NCBI GenBank assembly: GCA_963719205.1
Contig: CAVRAW010000001.1
Location: forward strand, 258,639-322,638
Source: Pirellulales bacterium
Lineage (GTDB): Bacteria > Planctomycetota > Planctomycetia > Pirellulales > JADZDJ01
Length of the DNA stretch: 64,000 bases
Direction: 5' to 3'
The position numbers were made by a program, and so were the translations under genes. The first letter of the stretch is position 1. Every line of letters begins with the position of its first letter. Below are positions 54,192-62,912 of the stretch, in pieces. The notes under the pieces are model-generated. The model was given only the letters and a program-made list of their open reading frames with translations. It had not been told where the DNA came from and searched no databases.

Positions 54192-54336
54192 AGCCGGCCC
54201 GGCCGCTGTTTCTCTCGCTTTGGCCGGCTGTATATGATGCAGAAGCCGGCCCTCACGGGCCGATGAAACCAAGTGGTAAATGCCTGGCCCGGCATTTCCG
54301 CGCCAGGGTGCTTCAAGCCGCAGTTGGGCGCCAGCC

Positions 54337-54873
54337 ATGTCAGTCCACCGTCCGCACGAAACGCTCTACCGCTTCTTCGCCGGCCTCACCGAGTACGCCT
54401 TCCACACTCGGCTGGGCGTGCCCGACACCAGGCTGACCGACTATCTGACCGATCTGCTGGCGCGTTTCGTGCGCTACGACGCACTGGTAAGTCTGCGAAG
54501 CCTCTCCGGCCAACGATTAGTGGCCGTGGCCGACATGCTGCTGGAGGCGGATGCCCGCGTGGGGGACGCCCGCCGCGAAGCGCATCGGCACATCGGCGAT
54601 TACACGCTGTTTTGGACCGGCGTGTATCCCGAGACCTTGCAGCGCGGCAAACGCGGCCACCGCAGCGATCCGTTTGTCGATTACTGCGAGCACGGCAAGC
54701 GCGCTTATCGCATCGCCAGCACCATTCCGACCAGCAAGCCTGACGACAAAGGCGAAGTGCTCGAGCGCCTGAGCCACGACTTCGAGTTGTGCGTGTACGG
54801 CCTGAGCGAAGTGCGCCGCGAATGGGAGCGCCGCGACGGCGATACGCCGGCTGGACCGATTGTGCTGGATTAG
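54337..54873 (+). CDS. Conserved-looking hypothetical protein
   Basis: I start at MSVHRPHETLYRFFAGLTEYAFH.. (ATG 54337) within ORF 54280..54873. The frame is clean. No family recognised. Confidence 0.6.
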   Translation: MSVHRPHETLYRFFAGLTEYAFHTRLGVPDTRLTDYLTDLLARFVRYDALVSLRSLSGQRLVAVADMLLEADARVGDARREAHRHIGDYTLFWTGVYPETLQRGKRGHRSDPFVDYCEHGKRAYRIASTIPTSKPDDKGEVLERLSHDFELCVYGLSEVRREWERRDGDTPAGPIVLD

Positions 54874-54946
54874 CTCACCAATCCTTTGGTGACCAGCATG
54901 AACACGTCTTCCAGCGTCGGTTCTTTGTCGGTGAAGCTGCGCAGCT

Positions 54947-55795
54947 TTACCCGCGCTTGGTGAGTTCATCTAAGAGCCGCGCGACAATCTGATCGTCGGC
55001 TTCCAATTCCACCGTCACGCGGTGGTCTTCGACCTGCAGGCCGCGCGTTTCGGGCATGCTGCGAATGATCGAGAGGCCCGTTTCTAGGTTGTCGATGAAT
55101 TTGATTTCCACGAGCCGGTTGCGGCGGATGCGGCGGTAGACTTCGTCGATTGGGCCGTGCAACAACAACTGGCCGCGCTCGATGATGCCGATCGAGGTGC
55201 AGCAGTCGGCCAGCTCGCTGAGGATGTGGCTGGAAATTAGGATGGTTTTGCCCATGCGGCGCAGTTCCTTCAACAGCGCCTTGAATTCCAAGCGCGCGCG
55301 CGGGTCCAAGCCGCTGGATGGTTCATCGAGAATCAGCACCGGCGGGTCGTGAACCAAGGTTTTCGCCAGGCACAGCCGCTGCTTCATGCCGCGCGAGAGG
55401 CTGTTGACAAAATCGTCGCGCTTTTGCGTGAGATCCAATAACTCAAGCACGTCAGTGATGATCTGTTTTCGCTTGCTGTGCGGGATCTGGTACGCAACGG
55501 CGAAGAAATCCAAGAACTCCCAGACCTTCATTCCGTCGTACACGCCGAAGTTCTCAGGCATGTAGCCGACGACGCGTCGCACGCCCAGTGGATCGCGCGA
55601 GACGCTGTGGCCGGCCACGACGCCGTCGCCGTGCGTGGCCTTCAGCAGAGTGGCCAAAAAGCGAATCGTGGTGCTCTTGCCCGCCCCGTTGGGCCCGATG
55701 AATCCGAACAACTCCCCCGCCCCGACGTTGAGAGTCAGGTCTTCGACGGCAGTCAGGTCGCCGTAGCGTTTGGTGAAGTTGATCAGTTCAATCAT
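54947..55795 (-). CDS. ABC transporter ATP-binding protein; last ~25 codons out of frame (reconstructed stop 54870-54872)
   Basis: Walker A GPNGAGKST, signature LSRGMKQRL, Walker B VLILDEPSSGLD. The ORF ends ..LLDELTKRG*, but the shifted frame reads VKLRSFTDKEPTLEDVFMLVTKGLVS*, the canonical ABC C-terminus. The break is at aaGCGCGGGta (plus 54948-54957). Confidence 0.9.
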   Translation of the reverse strand: MIELINFTKRYGDLTAVEDLTLNVGAGELFGFIGPNGAGKSTTIRFLATLLKATHGDGVVAGHSVSRDPLGVRRVVGYMPENFGVYDGMKVWEFLDFFAVAYQIPHSKRKQIITDVLELLDLTQKRDDFVNSLSRGMKQRLCLAKTLVHDPPVLILDEPSSGLDPRARLEFKALLKELRRMGKTILISSHILSELADCCTSIGIIERGQLLLHGPIDEVYRRIRRNRLVEIKFIDNLETGLSIIRSMPETRGLQVEDHRVTVELEADDQIVARLLDELTKRG

Positions 55796-58154
55796 GGGGA
55801 TGGGACGAGGGGCGAGGGACGAGGGACGAGAAATTGTCGCGCCCGCTAGCGATATCGTCGCGGCTGTTCACATCGGGAAGTGGCTCCGGCAGCGGCGGTT
55901 CTTGCAAGGAGGCAACCACCAGCGTCGCTCCGCGCGCCGTTTGCGCCGCTGCCGGATCGACCGTCAGTCCGGGCTGCGGCTGGGGAATCAATCCTATCAG
56001 CCGGAGCTCCCCGGGCTGGAGATGTCGCTTGCCGCGCACGAGATCGGCCAGTCGATCGAAGTTGAAGCGAGGTATCCCAGCTTGGCCCGCGCCGCTCATA
56101 TCAAGCGACCATTCAAAATCCGGGTCGGCCTTGTGAAAGTTCAACTTGGTTCGACCACCGCTGGGTAAATCGCTAATCCATGCAATCTGATAATCGTCCT
56201 CCGGCGTTCGTCGAATGGCCGCGGCTCGTTCGATTGTGAATCTTGTTTGATTCCATAGTTCGCCGCCGATTGCGTCGTAATTGATCCCGCCTCCCATATC
56301 AACCATCTCTTCGCTATGCAGCAGGCCGGTTGAATTTGACGAAACGGCAAAGCTGGACAGCACTGCGCTGGGGTCGTCTTGGTAGGTGACGACGTGGCTC
56401 GTTTGGCCGGGGAGCATCGTAAAGTCGGGATCGGCGGAAAACGGCAGGATGAACGTGCCCGGTTCCGCCGCATGCACGTCGTAGTTTGTGGAAAGGGAGG
56501 TGTACAAGGCGAGGTAGCGCGTGAGAAAAGCTCGCGGGTAATCGTGGTTGATTTCAAGCACATCGATTTCGGTTTGGGAGCGGGCAAAACCAATATCCAG
56601 TTGTGCCAGCCGGACGACCACGACCGTGCTGACTAGAGCGATGACGGGGGCGGCGATCCAGGCCCATTCCACGCGGCGGATGGCCCAGAACAGCAACCAA
56701 TTTAGCGGCACCAACACAATCAAATACGTCGCCAGCGACCAGGTGACGAAATCGCGCTTCGGGATCACGATGCCGGCCGCTTCTTGCAGCACGGCGCGCG
56801 CGGCGTTGGCCACATCGCTGAAATCGGTCCAGCCGCCGATGCCGGCTTCGGACGCTTCGCTTTCCGCCGCGTCGGGCTTTTTCGAGTCGAGACGCCAATC
56901 GCGGCAGAGATAGCGCACGTTGGTCACCCAGATTGGATCGGTCACCGATTGGGCGGCATCGGCCCAGCTAACAGTCAGCGCGCCCATCAGTCCTGTTGCT
57001 GAAAACTTGCGCGGCGGGCGCAGCAACAGGCAGCCGTTCAAAAAACCATCGAAGCTGGGCCAATCCCAGAGCTCGCGTTCGGTAAGGCGAAAAGATGTGA
57101 CGACCATTCGTCCGCGGCCCACTTGCCGCTGAGCGACCAGATCGCCTGTGCCGGCAACGAACTGCGCACCAGGCTGCAGCTTCAATGTGATGCCGTTCCA
57201 TGCAGTAACCGCCGCCAGAGATTTTCGGGCGTGCTTGTTTACTGGCAATGTCCAATGCTGGTTCAACGGCGCCAACGTCTCAGCGGAAAGTTTCTTCGAT
57301 TCGCCCACCAGCGCCGGCAAGTAATCGTGCAGAAAAGTATTGCCGCTAAGCTGGTCCAAACTTTTCGGCCCACTGATGATGAGCTCCCCACCCTGATGCA
57401 GCCAATCGACCAGCGCCTGCTGCTGCCGTTCATTCAGCAGTTGCGGATCGACATCATCCCATATCACGTAAGCTGTGCTGCTCCACTGGAGCGAGCTGGC
57501 CGGCAGCGGCAATGGCGCCTTCAGCGGCGGCGCGACCACTTGATAGTAATTCAACGCATCGCCGCCGTGCGGCGCGCGGATCGAATCGAGCGCCTCCAGC
57601 GGCCGGTAACGATCTGCTTCACCGGCCAGCACTACCAGGAAATATTGGTACGGCCTCATCAGCGAGAGCGGCTCGGCACCTAAGGCAGTTTGCACACCGC
57701 CGCGGCCACTCAAATCCGTCGCCAACCACGGGCGCGTGCAATCGCCTGGAACGAAAAGTGGAAATTCCAGCCGCTTGGGTTGCCCTTTTGGCAAAACCAC
57801 CCGCCGGACAATTTGCAGCTGATACGGCGTCTGCAGCAAATCAACTGCATTGCCGGCGTCGGTCTGCTTCACGCTTGCCTCAAGCTCGCCGAGGAAATCG
57901 AAGTTGTTAGCCTTCGTTTCCAATACGACGCTGGACCAATGGCCGGGCTTGATCAGGCGCGGACTCCCATCGGCACTATTTACATCATGCGGAAAAACGC
58001 TGAGCTTGATCGGCTCGAAGTCGGGCTTGGCCGTTTGAGTTTTCGGTTGTTCCTTTGGATCATCGGCTCTCGCGCTGCGCGGCGATTGCGCACAAACCGA
58101 CAAACAACATCGCCGATAGCATCGCCAGCCGAGAGTACATCGCGGACCGCTCAT
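55788..58154 (-). CDS. Large multi-pass membrane protein coupled to the ABC ATPase; real N-terminus (ATG 58140) lies in another frame
   Basis: Its stop overlaps the ABC ATG by 8 nt. TM helices include ..FVTWSLATYLIVLVPLNWLLFWAI..WIAAPVIALVSTVVVVRL.. The stretch ..VIWDDVDPQLLNERQQQALVDWLHQGGELIISGP.. loosely recalls GldG/ABC-auxiliary domains (tentative). The listed N-terminus MSGPRCTLGWRCYRRCC is nonsense. The frame from ATG 58140 gives a signal peptide MYSRLAMLSAMLFVGLCAIAAQ. The switch is at cagCGCGagagcc (plus ~58066-58078). Confidence 0.7.
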   Translation of the reverse strand: MSGPRCTLGWRCYRRCCLSVCAQSPRSARADDPKEQPKTQTAKPDFEPIKLSVFPHDVNSADGSPRLIKPGHWSSVVLETKANNFDFLGELEASVKQTDAGNAVDLLQTPYQLQIVRRVVLPKGQPKRLEFPLFVPGDCTRPWLATDLSGRGGVQTALGAEPLSLMRPYQYFLVVLAGEADRYRPLEALDSIRAPHGGDALNYYQVVAPPLKAPLPLPASSLQWSSTAYVIWDDVDPQLLNERQQQALVDWLHQGGELIISGPKSLDQLSGNTFLHDYLPALVGESKKLSAETLAPLNQHWTLPVNKHARKSLAAVTAWNGITLKLQPGAQFVAGTGDLVAQRQVGRGRMVVTSFRLTERELWDWPSFDGFLNGCLLLRPPRKFSATGLMGALTVSWADAAQSVTDPIWVTNVRYLCRDWRLDSKKPDAAESEASEAGIGGWTDFSDVANAARAVLQEAAGIVIPKRDFVTWSLATYLIVLVPLNWLLFWAIRRVEWAWIAAPVIALVSTVVVVRLAQLDIGFARSQTEIDVLEINHDYPRAFLTRYLALYTSLSTNYDVHAAEPGTFILPFSADPDFTMLPGQTSHVVTYQDDPSAVLSSFAVSSNSTGLLHSEEMVDMGGGINYDAIGGELWNQTRFTIERAAAIRRTPEDDYQIAWISDLPSGGRTKLNFHKADPDFEWSLDMSGAGQAGIPRFNFDRLADLVRGKRHLQPGELRLIGLIPQPQPGLTVDPAAAQTARGATLVVASLQEPPLPEPLPDVNSRDDIASGRDNFSSLVPRPSSHPHD

Positions 58155-58232
58155 CGGACAGAGGCAGAAACGCCGTTAGCCACTAATCTTGAGTGTATCT
58201 CGGCGGAGCGCGGCGTGGAATCACGCGGGCTT

Positions 58233-59719
58233 TCAACCAGCCCGCTGCTCAGTTATCTCGATCGCCTTGAGCAGTCCGCGCGCCTTGTTCAGCGTTTCCT
58301 GCTATTCTTCGCGCGGCTGGCTGTCGGCCACGATGCCGGCGCCAGCCTGCACGTAAGCTTTGCCATCCTGCACCACGATCGTGCGCAGGGCGATGCAGGT
58401 ATCCATGTTGCCGCTGTAATCGACGTAGCCGACGGCCCCGGCGTAGGGCCCGCGGCGGCAGGGCTCCAATTCGTCGATGATTTCCATGGCCCGCACTTTC
58501 GGCGCACCGGAAACGGTGCCCGCCGGCAAGCAGGCCCGCAGGGCGTCGAAGGCATCCTTCCCGTCGGCCAGCATGCCGCTGACGTTGCTGGTGATGTGCA
58601 TCACGTGGCTGTAGCGTTCGATGGTCATCACGTCGGTCAGTTCCACCGAGCCGTAGCGGGCCACGCGGCCGACGTCGTTGCGGCCCAAATCGACCAGCAT
58701 CACGTGCTCGGCGCGCTCTTTGGGGTCGGCCAACAATTCTTTGGCCAACTCGCGATCTTCTTCTTCGGTTTGACCGCGGCGGCGTGTGCCGGCCAGCGGG
58801 CGCACCGTGACTCGCCCATCGACCACGCGCACCATCACCTCCGGCGAACTGCCGACCAGCGTAACGCTCGGCGTGCGCAGATAGAACATGAACGGGCTGG
58901 GGTTCACCACCCGCAGCGTGCGATAGATCTCAAACGGATGCGAACGAACGGCCAACTCGAGCCGCTGGCTGATGACGACCTGAAAAATGTCGCCGGCGCG
59001 GATGTACTCGACGCACTTTTCCACCGCGCGCTCGAAATCGGCCTGCGAGAAGTTCGACTGGTAGGCGATTTTCGAGTCGCCGCCGGTGCTGATATCGACC
59101 GGCGCTAGGTCGGTCGCCGGCGACGATAATCGTGCCACTAACTGGTCGACGCGCGCCGCAGGCATCGTCGTAGGCGGCTCGCAAGTCGCCTTGGTCTACG
59201 CGAGCCATCGCAATGGCCACGATCGTTTTGCTCACATTGTCGAAGACCACCATGCGGTCGTAGAAGGCGAACGAAAGATCGGGCAGGATGGCGATCGTCC
59301 GGCGGCGCGTTGGGCAACCGCTCGGTATAGCGCACCACGTCGTAACCGGCGTAGCCGATGGCTCCGCTCACAAACGGCGGCAAGTCGGGCAGTCGCACGG
59401 CCCGCAAGGCGTCGACGCGGCGGCGCAATTCTTCGATCGGATCGGGCGAATCGAATTCCTCGGTCTTGCCTCCGCGGCGAAAGGTTACATGATTGCCGCG
59501 GGCTTCGATCTCTTGGAAGGGTTCGGCCGTAAGGAAACTGTAGCGGCCGACTTTTTCGCCGCCGACCACGCTTTCGAACAAGCAGGCCGACGAGCCGGCG
59601 TCGAGCTTGTGGAAGGCCGAAACCGGCGTGAGCGCGTCGCCGATCAGCCGTCGATAGACGGGCACCAGGTGCACGCCGCGCGCCAGTTGGGAAAAAGTTG
59701 CGAAGTCGGGGTAGTGCAT
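58233..59719 (-). pseudogene. trpE: Anthranilate synthase component I with two frameshifts and an in-frame TAG
   Basis: Three collinear ORFs sit in three frames. 59719-59138 gives MHYPDFATF..LFESV..GRYSF..YDVVRYTERLP. 59253-58930 gives ..LPDLSFAFYDRMVVFDN... 59165-58302 gives ..[74 protein letters not shown] at 58302-58304 is followed in frame by QETLNKARGLLKAIEITEQRAG and TGA at 58233-58235. Confidence 0.9.
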
Positions 59720-59910
59720 GCGGCAGTCCCGGCGCGCCGGGAGTCGGCAGTGGTCCGTGGTCCGTTGTCAACTACAATAATCAACTGAGCTATCGGCGTG
59801 GTCAGAATAACAAGGCCTTACGTACCAGACAACCAAAGTTTGTCTCGTGTTCGCCGTTGCCGGACTGCCAGCAGATGGCGTGAACAAGCGGCCCCCGAAT
59901 TTCGTTCGCC

Positions 59911-59938
59911 TTGACACCCCCCGGGGCGTTGTTAGAAT
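59911..59938 (+). promoter_or_regulatory. Sigma70-type promoter upstream of mcsA-mcsB
   Basis: TTGACA (59911-59916), a 16-nt spacer (containing ccccccgggg), then TAGAAT (59933-59938). It lies about 135 nt upstream of the mcsA ATG. Confidence 0.55.
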
Positions 59939-60074
59939 CCCAACAGGGTTTTGCAGATTGAGCAAAACACGAGCGAAAAGCAGCGGCAAAACCCGTTCTC
60001 CTTCCGCGGCGCTTGGTGGAGCGGCAGTCGATTTTTTGCCTTCCTTCCATGTCGCTCCAGGTTGTCACGCATTT

Positions 60075-60581
60075 ATGAAGTGCCAACAGTGCGAACGTCC
60101 GGCAACGTTCCACATCACTGAATTGGAAGGCGGCAAGCACACCGAGCTGCATCTGTGTGAAGAGCACGCCCGCGCGTATCTGACGCAAGGCGAAGGGGAG
60201 CCCGGCAGCGCGCCGACCATCGCCGGCGCCCTGGCTCAGCAACTGGCCGTCGGGCAAACCGCGGAAGAATTGGCGCGGCTGGATCAGCGCGCCTGCCCGG
60301 TGTGCGGCATCACGTTCTACGAATTTCGCAATCAAGGGCGCCTGGGTTGCCCGCACGATTACGTGTTCTTCGAAAAAGAATTGGAACCGCTGATCGCCAA
60401 CATTCATGGTGAAACGATGCACAAAGGGAAAAAGCCACTGCACGGCGCCGGCGGCACTCAGCAAAAGACAGAGCTGATCCGCATGCGACGCGAAATGAAA
60501 GAAGCCATCGACAAAGAAAACTACGAGCGCGCTAAAGAACTGCGCGACGAAATCAAACGCGTCGAGGGATTGAAGGAATAA
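60075..60581 (+). CDS. mcsA: Protein-arginine kinase activator McsA (UvrB/C-motif protein)
   Basis: I start at ATG 60075. Zinc-finger-like motifs are MKCQQCERPATFHITE..LCEEHA and CPVCGITFYEFRNQGRLGCPHDY. The C-terminal UVR motif is ..EMKEAIDKENYERAKELRDEIKRVE. It sits directly upstream of mcsB. Confidence 0.8.
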   Translation: MKCQQCERPATFHITELEGGKHTELHLCEEHARAYLTQGEGEPGSAPTIAGALAQQLAVGQTAEELARLDQRACPVCGITFYEFRNQGRLGCPHDYVFFEKELEPLIANIHGETMHKGKKPLHGAGGTQQKTELIRMRREMKEAIDKENYERAKELRDEIKRVEGLKE

Positions 60582-60626
60582 TCGAACGCTCATCACGAAA
60601 GGCTAATAGCTAAACGCTTTCTCTCC

Positions 60627-61706
60627 GTGGAACTCAACGACCTTACCAACACGATCGGCGAATGGCTCCGAGGCAGCGGGCCCCAAGCCGATATCGTGAT
60701 GAGCACGCGCATCCGCCTGGCGCGCAACCTGGCCGAGTTCCCCTTCATCACTCGCGCCAGCGATCAAGATCGGGCCGACATCGAACGCATCCTGCGCGAG
60801 CGAGTTTTGCAAATTCACGAGTCGACGGGCGAATTGCTCTATGTAAATGTTACTGATCTGGACCGGCTCGATCGGCAATTTCTCGTCGAGCGGCAACTAA
60901 TCAGCCGCGAACATGCCGAATCGCAAGGTGCCCGCGGCGTGGTCATCGATCCCAACGAGCAAATCAGCCTGATGATCAACGAGGAAGATCATCTGCGCAT
61001 CCAGTGCATGCACAGCGGGCTGGACGTAAAGGGCGCCTGGGAGCAAATCAACCGCATCGATGACCTGATTTCCGAAAAAGTGACGTACGCGTTCCATCCG
61101 CGGCTGGGATATTTAACGGCCTGCCCCACGAACGTTGGCACTGGAGTGCGCGTGAGCGTGCTGATGCACTTGCCGGCACTGGTGCTCACACGGCAAATCG
61201 AAAAAGTGTTCCGCAGCCTGCAAAAGATCAGCCTGGCGGTGCGCGGACTGTATGGCGAAGGCTCACAAGCGATGGGAGACTTTTATCAGATCTCCAATCA
61301 GCAGACGCTGGGGCGCAGCGAGCTGGAATTAGTCGAGCAGGTGGCCGACGTCGTGCCGGCCTTGATTCATTACGAACGGGAAGCCCGCGATTTTCTGATC
61401 AAGGAAAGCCAGCAAACGGTGCACGACCAGGTGAGCCGCGCTTACGGCATTTTGCGCACGGCCCAAACCATCAGCTCCGAAGAAACCATGCACTTGCTTT
61501 CCAAAGTGCGGATGGGGGTGAACCTGGGGCTGATTGCCGATTTGTCGCTGCCGAAGCTCAACGAGCTATTCATCCGCACGCAACCGGCGCATCTACAAAA
61601 GCTGCGCGGCGTGGAACTGAATACCGCCGACCGCAACATCGAACGGGCGCGATATCTGCGCCGCTACCTCAACCGCGAGGAAGACGGCAACGGCGGGAAG
61701 AACTGA
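60627..61706 (+). CDS. mcsB: Protein arginine kinase McsB (ATP:guanido phosphotransferase family)
   Basis: GTG start. ..DIVMSTRIRLARNLAEFPF.., ..NEEDHLRIQCM.., ..YLTACPTNVGTGVRVSVLMHLPAL.. and ..GLYGEGS.. are the phosphagen-kinase/McsB signatures. Confidence 0.9.
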   Translation: MELNDLTNTIGEWLRGSGPQADIVMSTRIRLARNLAEFPFITRASDQDRADIERILRERVLQIHESTGELLYVNVTDLDRLDRQFLVERQLISREHAESQGARGVVIDPNEQISLMINEEDHLRIQCMHSGLDVKGAWEQINRIDDLISEKVTYAFHPRLGYLTACPTNVGTGVRVSVLMHLPALVLTRQIEKVFRSLQKISLAVRGLYGEGSQAMGDFYQISNQQTLGRSELELVEQVADVVPALIHYEREARDFLIKESQQTVHDQVSRAYGILRTAQTISSEETMHLLSKVRMGVNLGLIADLSLPKLNELFIRTQPAHLQKLRGVELNTADRNIERARYLRRYLNREEDGNGGKN

Positions 61707-61723
61707 TTGTCCGTGGCTCGTTG

Positions 61724-62347
61724 TCAGTGGTCCGTTGTTGGCGGCAGGTTCCCTTCCAAGATCAATCCCATCTGGATGATGTCGTCGAAGCGGCCGTCGA
61801 GGTAGCGTCCCTTGACGATTCGGCCTTCTTCGACAAAGCCGAATTTCTTGTACAGCGCGATCGCTTTCGGATTGGAAACGTAAACACCCAGATCGACGCG
61901 AATCAGCCCGCGGGCCCGTCCTTTGCCGATCGCCGCTTCCATCAGGCGCGTGCCGATGCCTCGGCCGCGGTAATCGACGTGGACGCCCATTCCAAGCTGG
62001 CCGCGATGGCGGATGCCTTCGCGCTCCTGAGGGACGATGTCGATGAAGCCCACCACGCGCTGGCCGTCCAGTGCGAAAAACGCCGGCGCATCTTCAGCGA
62101 TGTGCTTGCCCCAATATTCGCGCGTTTCCTCAGGCGAATGTGCCTGCACTGCGCCCAGCCATTTGCGTTCGCGGGCCACGCTGTCGATGCATTCCCGGAA
62201 GCTGTCGAGAAGTTCCACCGTCGCCGGAACGATGCGGACGGTCTGTGGCCGATCGGCGATCGGCAAGATCCTGTCTAGCTGAGTGGGCTGTGTAATCATG
62301 TGGGCCATGACATGGGAGCTTCGTCCTGGGTTCGCTCGCGTAGCCAT
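61724..62347 (-). CDS. GNAT-family N-acetyltransferase
   Basis: ..VVGFIDIVPQ....HRGQLGMGVHVDYRGRGIGTRLMEAAI..AR..GL.RVDLGVYVSNPKAIALYKKFGF matches the GNAT fold. The start may instead be ATG 62308 or 62299. Confidence 0.8.
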   Translation of the reverse strand: MATRANPGRSSHVMAHMITQPTQLDRILPIADRPQTVRIVPATVELLDSFRECIDSVARERKWLGAVQAHSPEETREYWGKHIAEDAPAFFALDGQRVVGFIDIVPQEREGIRHRGQLGMGVHVDYRGRGIGTRLMEAAIGKGRARGLIRVDLGVYVSNPKAIALYKKFGFVEEGRIVKGRYLDGRFDDIIQMGLILEGNLPPTTDH

Positions 62348-62353
62348 TGTTCG

Positions 62354-62860
62354 TCAGCCCAGCGGAGGACACAGGCGGCGCAACTCGGGAATGATATCCC
62401 GCGGCACGAAGCGGGCCAATTCATCGTCGGTCGCCAGCGGAGTGATCTGCTTCAGCAGCGTGCTGGAAACGTGCGAGAACTGGTCGTCGGCCATTAGAAA
62501 CACTGTTTCAATGTCCGGGTCGAGCTTGCGATTGGCGAGCGTCATGGTGAACTCGGCCTCGATATCGGTCAGCGACCGCACGCCGCGCAACATCAATTGC
62601 GCGCCGCATTCGCGCACAAAGTGCACCGCCAGGCCGTTGAACTCGCGAACTTCGACGTTGGGTAAATGCTTTGTCGCCTGCCGGACCAGTTTCAGGCGCT
62701 CCTCGGGCGTGAACAGCGCCTGCTTCTCCAGGTTCACGCCGATGCCCACGATTAGCTTGTCAACCAGGCGGCTGGCGCGCTTGATGACGTTGACATGACC
62801 CAGCGTCACTGGATCGAACGAACCGGTGTAAACGGCGATGCGGGAATTATTGACGTGCAT
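62354..62860 (-). CDS. coaD: Phosphopantetheine adenylyltransferase
   Basis: ..IAVYTGSFDPVTLGHVNVIKRA.. carries the (T/H)xGH motif. ..LRGVRSLTDIEAEF..ANR.L..DIETVFLMA...SHVSSTL.K match CoaD. Confidence 0.95.
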   Translation of the reverse strand: MHVNNSRIAVYTGSFDPVTLGHVNVIKRASRLVDKLIVGIGVNLEKQALFTPEERLKLVRQATKHLPNVEVREFNGLAVHFVRECGAQLMLRGVRSLTDIEAEFTMTLANRKLDPDIETVFLMADDQFSHVSSTLLKQITPLATDDELARFVPRDIIPELRRLCPPLG

Positions 62861-62912
62861 AGAGTCAACGTTCAGGAATCGGGGGTAATTTTAGCTGCCA
62901 TGATATCCAGCT

